Of a stretch of 62,099 nt of DNA, positions 49,650-62,099 are shown one piece after another (the stretch's first letter is position 1; every line of letters starts with the position of its first letter). The notes under the pieces are model-generated. The model saw only the letters and a list, made by a program, of their open reading frames with translations. It was not told the DNA's origin and made no database searches. The DNA lies in NCBI RefSeq assembly GCF_001194135.2, contig NC_068984.1, positions 68,786,193 through 68,848,291 on the forward strand, written 5' to 3'. This DNA comes from Octopus bimaculoides. Its lineage: Eukaryota. The translations under genes and the position numbers were made by a program.

Positions 49650-51200
49650 GTGGAATTTCACATGACCAGGCCAGTATGTGACACGATGTGTGCTTCATCA
49701 ACCGGAACATTGTATATCAGAGCATGTGTCTGATCATCAAAAGCAAGAATCAGATGGGAGACTGATAGTTCACCTCACATCTCCTAAGCGTTTGGTCCCA
49801 CACGACATACGAGGATCATGGCTAGAGAAAACAGAACGGACGTTAAACCATGGCTTGTGTCTTCTGAGTAGCAGAATGGACAATAAGTGTGGAATTGACT
49901 ACAAGGTCATCACAGAGCTGTAACATATCAGTTTCAAATTTTGGCGCAAAACCAGCAAGTTCAGGGAAGGGGCTAAGTGGATTACATCGACCTCTGTATT
50001 CAACTTGTACTTAAGTGCATCGATCCACCTCGGTGGACTTTGAACTCAGAACGAGATGACGCACGAAATATCACAGCGTTTTTCCCAGCGTGCTAAAAAT
50101 TCTATCAGCTCACCGACTTACGGAGCTGTAACATTCTGAGAGAACAGCGAGTAAGCTTATTAAACTAGCACTGTAGAGCATAAAGCCAATTTGCTACATG
50201 TGTAGTAGTAAGGGACGTATGAAATGTTTACTACCAAAAAACCATGGTAAACAAATGGATTAAAGAACCTGCAGTTAGCAGCCAAGTGGCAATAACAACA
50301 GCAGGCCCCACTGGTGAAGACCGTGGTTATCGCTGACACCGTTTTCATATACCATCAGTCGAAGTTTCAAAAATAATCGAAATTGAAACAATGAATTATC
50401 TTGTCATCCGCAGTGCAAACTATGCCGGGTGTCGTTAATGTCACGTTTAAGCATCGACAAACCGAAAGATCTCTTTTAGAATATGACTGTCTAGAGGATT
50501 CGCGTAACATTTATGCACTGTCATCTTACAGTGATTACAGGGGTAATGAAAGTTGGAGAAAAACAAAAAAATTCTATTAAAAGTACATGTTGTGCTGATT
50601 AAATACGAGGTAAAGGAAGGACACGAAAAGCCTCCGGATAAGAGATAGCAGTTGAAGTTCATACCAGAGGTATATCGACAGCTGAAGAATCATCCTCTCG
50701 GAAATTAGGGGCTTTTTCGATTAGGCGAAAGTTAAAAATTCTGTCAGGCAATTTTGGTGGAGCAAGTTCGGTGAAACTGATCGGGGCAGAAAGTGGCTAC
50801 AAGCATAAAGTAGCCTAGTTCCACCTAGACAGCAGCTTCTCACTTTCATGTGATTAAGCTGCCTGTTTGTGTATTTGTTTGATGTACCAGAGTTTAACAT
50901 GTCACAATATATTATATTAAGTTTTTGCCCCACTTTAATCCATACATACACGGAAAAGACCACAAGGTTTTGCTCCCTTCGATGATACAAGTACCAACTC
51001 AAAGCAACACTGAAAACCTCTGGAATTGAGCATAAATCGTTTGAAACACAAGCTTGAGACCGTACCAAATGACAGTGTTCCATCATTATCAGAACCAAAA
51101 ACCTCAAAATCATAAGAGAAAAATGAAGAAATCAAACAGCTCCACTTCAACGTCTTCCATCAACATTACCATGCAGTCAATGCAATCGACTCTTCTATGC
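49650..51200 (+). pseudogene. Highly decayed RTE-like LINE relic interrupted by a SINE
   Basis: Weak APE-like fragments upstream, ERSLLEYD near 50470, and C-terminal KATLKTSGIEHKSFETQA*DRTK (like KxxLKxxxIxxxxWExxAxDRxxW). Confidence 0.5.
49927..50122 (-). mobile_element. SINE family A with internal deletion and 12-bp TSD
   Basis: Family A reverse complement. GAGCTGTAACAT lies at 49915-49926 and 50123-50134. Confidence 0.9.
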
Positions 51201-51477
51201 ATGAATTGGTCTACAGAGACATAAAAAATGAACGAATCGTTCCACAAAGAAGAAACTTAGGATAAGAGATAAAACCGACGACGACATACGCACATACATA
51301 CATACACACATACATACATACATACATCCATACATGCATACAAAATGCCTTTGAATGTCGCATCATATCCCTTCGGCAACATCTTTTAACCACTAAGTGT
51401 CGAAGTGCATCCCTTGACCAAGGCTGATAACATCATAAGACTTGGAAGGCAGCTTCTTGAGCAGCTCTCGTCAATTG

Positions 51478-51625
51478 CGTACTGGGGTCGACGTAATCGA
51501 CTTATTTCCTCCCCTAAAACTGCTGGCCTTGCACCAAAATTTGAAACAATTATTCTACAGAAATCGACATTGCTGTTTATACTTTCGAGATCGATAAAAT
51601 AAGTACCAGCTGAGTATTGAGTACT
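51478..51625 (+). mobile_element. Two SINE family A fragments in shuffled order (3' end, then mid-body)
   Basis: CTGGGGTCGACGTAATCGACTT...GGCCTTGCACCAAAATTTGAAAC, followed by TCGACATTGC...TTTCGAGATCGATAAAATAAGTACCAG. Confidence 0.75.
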
Positions 51626-53079
51626 CTTATAGTTGGCTCTCATATTACGAAGCAGTCATATTTTATCTTTCTTCGAGACACGACTTCTTGAATCATTACC
51701 AAATGAAATTTTATTTTGAGCACCTGGAAAAAAAATAATAATAACCTTAGCTTGTCCTCAACACCAGGTTGTAGACAAAATAATTTGGTTCGTTTTATAG
51801 TTTTACAAACATTTAATAATTATTAACACTATATTTTCGCATAAAAATGATTGCCAAATTGAATATATAATATTAACTTTAAAGATGATTTATGAATACT
51901 CGGTGCACATACATATATAGCGTCTGTTTTTTATGTTGAAATAAAACCAGTTTACGTTAAGTTGAAGTATTCTTCAATACATTTTGTAGAGCACACATTT
52001 TGAAGAGTACGCATTTTGTAGAGTACACATTCATTATTCTTTAACAAAAATGGCAGTGACAGTGACAATGAAGTTTCGACCAGCTAAGTCATCATCGGAC
52101 TATGGTTCATTTAAGTTCCTCTTGGATTTATATAGTCTCTTTCAAGTTAAAAACATTCTATGGCAACCGGGGTTCTGTTGAATGACGATTATGCTGTATG
52201 TTTGGTCGTGGTGGCAAAAAAGTATGGGGAATTTCTATTGATTAAGTTTGGATAAGCGTTAATTGTTAAAACTTATACATGTATGTGTATGATTAGGGTT
52301 GTCATCTTCAGGTCATATGTGCTCACAAAGAGATGTAGTTAGGTTGCTGGGCAGCAGATTTTTCCCTTGAGTTTGTTGTCGTTGGTTTTATTTAAATATT
52401 AATGGTATATTTGAGTTTTATATTGAGAACATGAAGGTTAAATCTTAGAGTGCAGTCTAGTGTGCTGACCATTGTATTTAGGTGTGTTGCTTTGTATGTC
52501 AGTTTTTAGGTGATTAGTATTTAAGGGTTCACAAAAGAATGTAAGCAGGTGGCGGAAAATTTGTTAATAAAGTGTATGTTAATAGAGTGTATGTAAATTA
52601 ATGACTCAAGCAGAAACCCCCGATAGCCCCCGAAAACTGAAAAGACAAATAAATAAATAAATAGATGAATATATATATATATATGTGTAGTATATTGNNN
52701 NNNNNNNNNNNNNNNNNNNNNNNNNNNNNNNNNNNNNNNNNNNNNNNNNNNNNNNNNNNNNNNNNNNNNNNNNNNNNNNNNNNNNNNNNNNNNNNNNNNN
52801 NNNNNNNNNNNNNNNNNNNNNNNNNNNNNNNNNNNNNNNNNNNNNNNNNNNNNNNNNNNNNNNNNNNNNNNNNNNNNNNNNNNNNNNNNNNNNNNNNNNN
52901 NNNNNNNNNNNNNNNNNNNNNNNNNNNNNNNNNNNNNNNNNNNNNNNNNNNNNNNNNNNNNNNNNNNNNNNNNNNNNNNNNNNNNNNNNNNNNNNNNNNN
53001 NNNNNNNNNNNNATATATATATATATATACACATACATATATATTACATATATTACAGAAAGAGAGAGATACTATCTTA

Positions 53080-53130
53080 CTTTTTGTTACTTGTTTCAGA
53101 CATTTGACTGCGGCCATGATGGAGCACCAA
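53080..53130 (-). mobile_element. SINE B / CR1-like LINE 3' tail only (5'-truncated insertion)
   Basis: CTTGTTTCAGACATTTGACTGCGGCCATGATGGAGCACC. Confidence 0.8.
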
Positions 53131-53274
53131 CATTTCTCACTCCTTTCTTTCGTACTTATAAATTTGTCTCTCAAACCTTACTTTTCTTCGTAATTTCTAA
53201 TGAATGTTCTGTATTGTTGTATCATCTTCACTGCTTGATGTCAACAAAGAAAAGATAATGATGATAACATTAAT

Positions 53275-53448
53275 AATAATAAGCCTCTCTACTAAAGGCA
53301 CAAGTGTTTCACTGGTACTTAATTTATCGACTCCAAAAGGATGAAATGCTAAGTCTACCTCTGCAGAATTTGAACTCAAAACGTAAAGACGGATGAAATG
53401 CCGCTAAGTATTTTGTCCGGCGTGCTAACGATTCTGCCAGCTCGCTGC
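53275..53448 (-). mobile_element. SINE family A (partly deleted 3' body)
   Basis: Reverse complement of GCAGCGAGCTGGCAGAATCGTTAGCACGCCGGAC...GTTTTGAGTTCAAATTCTGCAGAGG. Confidence 0.92.
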
Positions 53449-54224
53449 TTTAATGAACAATAATAATGGCGACAATAATATTAAGAGTAATGGTTATCAT
53501 TACTGTTATATTTATTAGTACTAGTAGTTTATAGATATCGTAGAATCTGAATATAAAGCCATAGTTGTTGGAACACCTACTAGTCAATGATAAAAACGAG
53601 AAGCTTTAGAATGTGCACGGAGCTTAAAACAGAACAATGCATGCAAAACTGATAAGGAAATAAATTAGTGATGCAGAAATGTCATGAAGAGAAAAAAAAC
53701 CACACACATACACAAAAGAAACAAAAACAAAACAAAACAAAACATTGGAATATAATTTGTCTTCAGAGATTAATCTAATACCAATCATATTCACTTTGTT
53801 TTCTTATTGTTTTTCTATATACGTTTGATACTGTGATTCTGTAACGGTTTCATTTCTGACGTTGTACTTGCCAACATTTTCAAATTTATTTATTAATGTT
53901 GAAGACAATGAAATAATTGTAGCATTTTTCTTTTTCTTTTTGAAAACTGAGAGCCTGAAATGTCGAAAGGTCTTTGTTAATAGAATATCAGACAACTTTT
54001 AAAAAATCGGCAATTTCTATTCTGTTAATATCACTATGTTGTCTTCATTTCCAAAGCATTTATTTATTCATCTTAAATGACTGGACAATAAACTAACCAC
54101 AACGCACCAATATTTTTTTTTATCGTGTAGTTATTTGGTAGGTCATTGATTAAGTTCACGACTCTAGTAGAAACACGATATGGTTTAAAATTAGAAAGCA
54201 ATGGTCCGAGGAAAATAGCTGTCT

Positions 54225-54355
54225 GACGCTCTAACGATTACACTAGTCCACTGCCCTGGAATGGTGCATTAGGAGGTAGATTTGACCTTGGCGAGCTTTG
54301 AACTTAAAACGGAAGATTCCTGAATAAAAATCGTAATACATTTCGCCCGACGCAA
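54225..54355 (-). mobile_element. SINE family A, strongly degraded
   Basis: GACCTTGGCGAGCTTTGAACTTAAAACG...CATTTCGCCCGACGC. Confidence 0.55.
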
Positions 54356-54364
54356 ATCTACTTC

Positions 54365-54415
54365 CCATCACCACCACCACCATCACCACCACTACTACTG
54401 CTGCTACTACTACTA

Positions 54416-54451
<36 letters not shown>

Positions 54452-54505
54452 ATGCTACTACTACTACTACTACTACTTGTAGCAGCAGCAGCAGTAGCAG
54501 TAGTA
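54365..54505. repeat. Compound triplet repeat (CAC)(TAC)(TGC)(TAC)(AGC/AGT)
   Basis: Seen directly. Confidence 0.95.
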
Positions 54506-56429
54506 ATCTAAGTAGTTCTTGTTGTTTCGCTGTAAGTCAACTTTGAATAGAACTATGACGAAAGCTGTTCCAGTTTAACATGTCATACATGATGTACATG
54601 TCATACGTGATATATCTTGGTCTGCATTATCTATTTCAAAATGATATACTACAATTTCTTAGAAATTTGGCTGCTGTTTCCCGCAGAAGTTGGGTTTACC
54701 TCCATGCTCATTCACAGAATAAAAAAATACACCAAAGTAAACGTCTCTGTTTTGGAGATGATAACAAGCGTGGCTCAATCTTCCATAAAAGTGAGCGTAT
54801 TGAATTTTCTTTATTAACAGTATAACAATTTTTATTATCTTTTTGTTCTAACAGTGTGCAATGTTATAAAATAGAGCTCGAGTACACCTGCTTCAATAAC
54901 CTATACTTCAAGTGATGCATTATAGAGAGAGGCGAAGAGGTGGTGACAAATATGGCTTTGTTGGAGTTTTGCTCAATAGGAATCGATCGAAACTTTTCAA
55001 GCGGACCGTCTATCGATAGCTAGTGACTGCCCACCGTGTATTACGTTCTGGAATCGTTTCCAAAGGGTGCATCATTTCAGTATACGTTGCCTACTAACCA
55101 CTACTCCAATCTGAATAGTTTTGTATCATACTCTTAGTCCTTCAAACATATTGGATCTCTTTACTTTTATATATACACTGAATCTTACTCAGACGATGTA
55201 AACGATTATTTCAACTATAGAAGTTGAGGTTATCGTTATTATAATAAAGGAATATAAGCCAAGAACAGAAGCTAAAATTAAGTCGGATAAGTCGGTGAGT
55301 GGCACATGAATAAACAACTTACTGTCACCGGCTTCCGTTGTAGGAGGCTGGACCAATGGAGCAGCTAAACTGCTTGAGAAATAATCCAGGATAGGTTGGT
55401 AAGAGCCCGTATAAAAGGGATGGCCAGTCTCATTCAGAAATACAGTGGAAGCTGTTCCTTAAAAGTCTGGCAAACGCGTACACCGACTCCATTATATCTG
55501 CCCTCTAATCATTTTGCACTTTCTAGTTTATCATTTGACAAGATTGGAACATCTGTTTGTTCTGTTTCTTGTGGAGGATCCATGCGTGCTACTGATGAAG
55601 AAAATCATCAGTTGCCCAAACTCTCTTAAATATTTTCTTGATATAGCGTAGCTGATGTTGGTCACACATATACTAAGAATGCAGTCTGTGCAGGTATTTT
55701 CGGAAGATGAGGTTTTTCTTGCACCCTTTGTTAAGCCTGGTTTCCCAAAGCTCGCCAAGCGAAAACCAAAACAAATCGCCTGGTAGGCCCTCCATCAATT
55801 GTGTTAAATCTAATATAATTGGTAGAACTTTCATGTTAGCATTTCATAGCAGCAACAAAGTTCTCAACAAGATTTGGTTTCGATGAGAATCAACTAGCCG
55901 GGATGTTTCTTAGACATCCAATCCGGAGATTTGGGATAGCTTTCAACATTTTGAAAGAGAAAACTTTTTACAAAGCTGCCTTACGACTGATCAAGTGGGT
56001 ATTGCAATTCGAGTTAAAGTCTTCCAGTGAGAGTGTTTCCAGTCAGCTCTGTCCAAGATGAGTAAAGAGCAACTAAAGTTTATCTAGTGGCTACAAAAAA
56101 ACATGAAACAGATTTTGTAATGGAAACGACTGGAAAGACTGAGAACAAGTTTTCGTTCTCCAGTTAAATCTTAATCGATTTTTCAACGTCTCATTTAGAG
56201 AAGACGAATGTGAGGGACACATTTCTTCCCGCTGTAGGTTAAAATAAGAGGGTGAGTTGATACGATAAGAGGCGGAGTTGATAAAAATAAAGTAACTCCA
56301 CATTACGGAATCAGTGTATTTGACTGTTCCGTCCCCTAACTTTCTGTCTTTGTATCTAAGGTAGAAAAAATGTTGAGTGGATAGTTTCGATTAATCTCTA
56401 TCTTCAAACGAGTTTTAGCTACATGATAT

Positions 56430-56950
56430 TCATTTCTAAGAGCTCTGTTCAAAATATATTAGTTGCGTAGTTTTCACTGAACGATAGGCGCTTGCTGTCG
56501 AGGCCTGTTTTGTATTTTTTATGATCATATTTACTGCGTTCTCTCATTTTAACGCTACTGCTTTCATCATTCACCCCACAAATTCTACATAACGGTGATT
56601 CAAAAATTCTTATCGACGTACACTTTGTTCTAAGTGCTTGTCCCTCTGCTGCACAAATTAGATGCTTCAATTCCAACCTTTAAATCTAATTTTCACTCCC
56701 TTGCTTATTCAAACAATTGGGTATAACTGTCTTGAAGTATGAATTTATTGATTTTCCAACCTAAAATGTATCTGTTTTTCTCTATTCTGTTTCTCTAATA
56801 GTCATTTTTATCAATACAACCTACTGCCTCTATTACAGAAGAGAATTTTACACGAACAAACAACAATTCCGAATTATTAGCTTTAAACCATTCCAGACAG
56901 TTCTCTTCACGTCCTCAAAACTGATCAAGTTTCTTCCTTTATTTTCTGGC
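56430..56950 (-). pseudogene. R4/Dong-like (RLE) LINE C-terminal segment
   Basis: GRNLISFEDVK (like GRGLISIED), then HLICAAEGQALRTK...SPLCRICGVNDES (like AAQEQALRTN...CRLC, zinc knuckle). Confidence 0.8.
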
Positions 56951-56959
56951 CAGATAATG

Positions 56960-57290
56960 TGAAAAATAATAGAGTAACGTTACTTTTATTAAAAACACGT
57001 GGGAAAATTTTGTACTGGAAAGACCCAGCAAAAAGTAAAAAAAAAGAAAAAGATTCGATCATTTCCGTCTTGTGTTATATCTCACACTAATCAAGAAATT
57101 GCAAATCAGAAAAATTGCTAAATGTATTTCTTTCTAGTGGAACATCAAGTACTACCTGTTTAACAGGAAGGCTGCCGTAAAAACAGTTGAGGAACGTAAT
57201 ATCAATTATTGGCTGTCAAATCAGTGCCGAAACATTCTACGAGGAGTTATACCAATTTAGCAATGGCGTAAATAGATTATACATAATTAC

Positions 57291-57323
<33 letters not shown>

Positions 57324-58070
57324 TATTTTTTGTTTCTTTCTTTCTTGATTTCTTTCTTTGTTTCACACATATGTATAAGTGCGACACGATACCTCTTTTG
57401 TGGGTAATAATATGCATGAAACGTTTCAATTTAGCGAATACCAGATTTCATCAGAACTAGTATGCACAGGCAGAAGACTGATTTGAGAATTTTGAGAGAA
57501 GTGTTTGGATTAGTTTAAATAAGGAGAAACTTTCCAAGGTTATAATACGCCACCTATTTTATTCGTAACTGACATGCTGTTGCTGAATTTGATATTACAA
57601 AAGAGAGGAATTGTGTATGAATGCGGTATGCAATTATTTAAATCACCTATCTTTTGTTGATGGATGATTTCAAGTTATTCGAAAAGAGTGAAAACCAGAT
57701 GCAGTTTCAGTGAAAACTATTCATTTATTTATTGATGATATAAAAGTGGAATTCAGGACACTTCAAGTGAAAAAGAAGGAGGATTGTGTCAACCTATGGA
57801 ATAGTGTTATCTGATGGTGAAGTAATGAAAGATATTGAGTTGAATAGATACAAGCACTTAAGAATACTAGAAGCCTGTAAGATCAAAGAGACTGAAATAA
57901 AAGAAATTATTAGGAAAAGAATATCAGAGGAGATAATAATAGATGTTGAAGTCAAATTTAAATGAAAGATTTTTAATATTATCAATAACTCGATGGTTGG
58001 TAATCGGAAAGTGGTATTGCTAGTAATGAAGATACTAAAATGGAATATGACCTCTAAGCAGTTAGTTACT
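56960..58070 (+). pseudogene. R4/Dong-like LINE RT core (inverted relative to its C-terminus)
   Basis: EGCRKNS*GT*YQLL (like KGCRKxSRGTKDQLL), frameshifted IRRN-FQGYNTPPILFV (like IRRGIFQGDSLSPLLFV), LLMDDFKLFEKSENQM, GIVLSDGEVMKDIE and YKHLRILEA. Confidence 0.85.
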
Positions 58071-58104
58071 GCTATTAAAAATTTAAGAAAGAAAAGAAAA
58101 GAAA

Positions 58105-58210
58105 TCCTCCTCCTCCTCCTCCTTCTTCTTCTTCTTCTCCTCCTCCTCCTCCTTCTTCTTCTTCTCCTCCTCCTCCTCCTTCTTCTTCTTCTCCTCCTCC
58201 TCCTCCTCAT
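58105..58210. repeat. Alternating (CCT)n(CTT)n polypyrimidine tract with a ~27-bp higher-order unit
   Basis: Seen directly. Confidence 0.9.
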
Positions 58211-58218
58211 CGTCATTA

Positions 58219-58431
58219 GGCAGTGAGATGTCAGAATCGTTAGTGCGCTGGATGAAATGCTTAGCGGTATTACGCCCATCAATACGTTCTGAGTTTAAAT
58301 TCCGCCGAGGTCAGCTTTGCCTTTCATTCTTTCATGGTCGAAAAAATAAGTACCAGTTGAATACTGGAGTTGATGTGATCGACTCATCCCCTCCTCCAAA
58401 ATAGCTGCTCTTGTGGCAAAATTTGAAACCG

Positions 58432-58433
<2 letters not shown>
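58219..58433 (+). mobile_element. SINE family A, full length
   Basis: GGCAGTGAGATGTCAGAATCGTTAG...GAGTTTAAATTCCGCCGAGG...CTTGTGGCAAAATTTGAAACC. Confidence 0.92.
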
Positions 58434-58591
<158 letters not shown>

Positions 58592-59050
58592 TGAGTGAGA
58601 GAGCAGTGCATGCTGTCAAAGTGACACTAGAGTAAAATATACGAAGCTCAGTATACCCAACATGACTACCCATCTGATAAGAGTACACCAGGCACATGCA
58701 TCACAGTCATATGTGCGCGACATAGTCATCTCTTATCAAGATAAAAAGCGCATGACCTTGCAGGCGGGACCCAGCTAGAATTCTTTGCAGGTCGAGTAGC
58801 CTATCTTGCTCAAAAATGTCCTTGAATGAGGGTTTTTTAAGGATGTTGAACAAAGCACCCATGTTTCGAGACGTGACTTATCTAAACTCCAAAGAATTCC
58901 TCTCAGCACATGGATATGATGCCCCCTACCCCACTGCTTCTGTTCGTGATCACAGGTACACATATCGTCAACCACTAAGGGACATGCTCAACTGGTTAAG
59001 GTCAAGCAACTGACATGCAAATCTGTGCATGTCCTTTAGAGATCGATGAA
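58592..59050 (-). mobile_element. Putative non-coding retroposon 3' part ending in an (AAT)n tail
   Basis: GC-richer non-coding block whose minus strand ends CACTGCTCTCTCACTC-AATAAT. It resembles an interspersed repeat I recall from octopus DNA, but it is single-copy here and so cannot be verified in the window. Confidence 0.5.
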
Positions 59051-59057
59051 AGAAAGG

Positions 59058-59130
59058 ATCAGTCAAGCAATCGACTACCTCCATCCCAACAAATTTCAGG
59101 CCTTGTGCCTATAGAAGAAAGGATTATCAT
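59058..59130 (+). mobile_element. SINE family A 3' fragment with (ATT)n tail
   Basis: AATCGACTACCTCC...TTTCAGGCCTTGTGCCTATAGAAGAAAGGATT, then (GTT)/(ATT)n. Confidence 0.8.
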
Positions 59131-59150
59131 TGTTGTTGTTGTTTTTGTTG

Positions 59151-59226
<76 letters not shown>

Positions 59227-59350
59227 ATAGTTTTATTTTTATAGCGTGCTTTCACTTCACTACCGAGTGCAGCTCTGTGTGCCTTGGATATGTGCTGTGG
59301 TTCGATGTGATGCTCTTATGGTTGCTGTATTTAAAGTGTTTTGCGTAGGA

Positions 59351-59408
<58 letters not shown>

Positions 59409-59451
59409 GTTATTATTATTATTATTATTGTTGTTGTTGTTGTTATTATTA

Positions 59452-59630
59452 AGGCAGAATCATTAGCATGCCTGGCGATATGCTTAGCGGCATTTCGCCA
59501 TCTTTATGTTCTGAGTTCAAGTTCCGCCGGCGTGAACTTTGCCTTTCCTCCTTTCGGGGTCGATGAAATAAGGGACAGTTGAATATGTGGGTCGATTTAA
59601 TCGACTTAGCTTTTCCCCGAATATGCTAGC
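59452..59630 (+). mobile_element. SINE family A
   Basis: GGCAGAATCATTAGCATGCC...GAGTTCAAGTTCCGCC...TTTCGGGGTCGATGAAATAAG. Confidence 0.9.
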
Positions 59631-60591
59631 TTTTTACGAATAAAATATAAATGAAAATTCTATCTTTCTATTTCTAGTCTCAAAGCAAGGCTTAGAAATA
59701 GCGATACGAAAAATGTTTACAAGAAAGTAAGAAACATACACTCGCTTATACATGCATGCATGCATGCATGTATACATACATAAATACATACATACATACA
59801 TACATACATGCACGCACACACATACATACATGCATACATACACACGTACATATATGTATACATGCATACATTTGTGTCTCAGTGTGTTTGTGACATGCAA
59901 TATTTGTAATTGTTATTAAACACACACTTTCAGGTACAATGTTAACGCACTAACTTTTATGTAACTCAGTATAGATGCACAGTGGATAGCTATGTGCCAC
60001 AAAATTTCCATGGAAACTATATTGATAGTCGTTTTTGGATGATTATCTATAAAGACGGCAATCTCATCATGCTGATATCACAATTTCCCCCGCAGAAGTG
60101 AAAACCTGTAATAAGACCAAATACAACCGCTTCGTTCATTTTTTTTTTGACGAAACTAAAATTGTATCTGTATCAAAGATCATATACGATACATTTCAAA
60201 TTATCCAAAGACGATACATTAGAGCATTATGCAATTTTATATTTGTGCGTTTATACGTATATATTCCATTGTATTCTGCAAGATAGATGTTTATTCCAAA
60301 CCGGAATCTAACTCTTATGCCAGCTTGTGAGTTGCGAAGAAGGATGATTAACAGAAGAAAAATTGTGATGTTTCCTAAAGTCGTCTACAAGAGACTGTTC
60401 AGTATCGTTTTTCAACTCAGAACGCAAGATGAAATTGATACTGTACAACATATCGCACAATTTAACATCAGTTCTACAAATCCATCCTTCACTGAGCACT
60501 TCATTCATTGTTCGCTAAAGTATAGAAGGCAAATTTGACCATATCACGATTAAAACACAGAGCGCAGGCAGCCATAATATAGAGAGCATAA

Positions 60592-60790
60592 GGCGACGAG
60601 CTGGCAGAACCATTAGTATGCCGGGCAAAATGCTTAGCGGTGTTTTGTCTGCCATCTCGTTCTTTTGAGTTCAAATTCCGTTGAGGTTCACTTTGCCTTC
60701 CATTTTTTCGGTGTCGATAACATACAAGTACCAGCAAAGCACTGCGGTCGATGTAATTGAATTGCCCATTTCCTTGAACATGTTGGCCTT
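60592..60790 (+). mobile_element. SINE family A
   Basis: GGCGACGAGCTGGCAGAACCATTAG...GAGTTCAAATTCCG...CAAGTACCAGCAAAGCACTGCGGTCGATGTAATTGA. Confidence 0.9.
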
Positions 60791-61204
60791 TTATCAGGTG
60801 TGAAACTATTTTCTCAGAGTCAAAGATCTCGTGCCAATGCACTTGTCAAACCTGATAAGTGCATTTGCACGAAAATCTGGGTCTCTAAGGCATTCAGTTT
60901 CTTTCACTGCTAATAAATAATACACATAATTTTCAATTCATATATTGAGTTCTATTTATATTGTTTGCGAAACACACACACACGTACACGTGTGTGAGCG
61001 TGTGTGTGTGTGAGGATCTGTTTGAGGACACAAATACACATACACGTGCGTGTGTGAGCATGTTTGAGAACACAAATACACATGCATATATATGTGTATA
61101 TACACATGTTTATATAAGTATATATATGTGCGCATATATCTATATATGTGTATGTATGTATGTATGTATGTATATATATATATATATACATTTATATATA
61201 TGTG

Positions 61205-61242
<38 letters not shown>

Positions 61243-61252
61243 NNNNNNNNNN

Positions 61253-61295
<43 letters not shown>

Positions 61296-62099
61296 GATGG
61301 ATGGGTGGATGGATGGATGGATGGATGGATGTATGCATGTATACACATCCTCATACACATAACTCATAACTAGATGCAAATTAATAAATGTTCTTGATCT
61401 CATGAAAGAATTCACACATAAGAAGATCGAATAATTATCGAAAGTATTTCTCTCTTTGTTTTTGCTTTTCTTTTTCTATCTCTGTTTTCTTTTTGTTCGT
61501 CAGCTATTTATTACTATTATTACTATTACTATTTTTATTTTACTCCTTTCAGACAATGCTTTTGATCATCCACTGTTGTCCTAGAGACATTCGTAATATG
61601 ACCAATTTTGTTTTCTCGACAAAAGAAAAGAAAAAAAAAAAAGAACTAAAAAGAAACCAAAAAAGAAACGGAAAGGGAAAAAATTCTTCATGATTAGATT
61701 TCCTGTCATAATTATTTTTCTTTCCGTTGGTTATCCTAATTGTTCTTTTGTTGATTTTTCTTTTGTCTTTCGTTTATTTTTTGTATTGTTATTTTTGAAT
61801 GTTGATCAGCTCTAATGTCTTCTAAGCTCTCTCTTGTCTAATTGGTACACGTTGAACCAGATAATATACTATCATATCAAGTTATTCCTAGGTACCTTTA
61901 TGAGGTTGTCTAGATAACTTTAATTAAAGTGACATCAACTGAAAGTAAAGAAAAAAAAACGTATGTTTTCTTTAATTAAAAAAGGAAATTTTGAATGAAT
62001 TAAGAGTAATACTTTAAAATTAATAATTATTTTTAACATTCATATTAATTTTTTAAAATTAATCCGTCTGTCTGACCAGTCATCATCCTCATCACCACC

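Overview
AT-rich, gap-ridden eukaryotic genomic DNA with about 20 N-gaps, nearly all flanked by (TA)n, (CA)n or (GA)n. The repeat content points to an octopod cephalopod (Octopus-like); this is inferred from recognisable SINE and transposon sequences, not from a search. I find no supportable host-gene exon, rRNA, true tRNA or CRISPR array. The window is a dense layer of decayed mobile elements: tRNA-derived SINEs of three head types with shuffled 3' bodies, four internally deleted DD37D (maT) transposons, DD34D mariners, several MITEs/foldback elements, and relics of CR1-like, RTE, R4/Dong-like and Penelope-like (PLE) retroelements. Best leads: (1) minimal hammerhead-ribozyme-like motifs, one with a compensatory U3-A8 core; (2) two non-L1 LINEs with twin-priming-type 5' inversions; (3) a CR1-like LINE and a SINE family sharing a 49-nt 3' tail with a covarying stem-loop; (4) a ~510-bp near-complete foldback palindrome; (5) an 8-bp-TSD TIR element with a telomere-like core. 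All long ORFs in the supplied track that cross N-runs or microsatellites are artefacts. Alignments and translations were done by eye, and relic boundaries are approximate.
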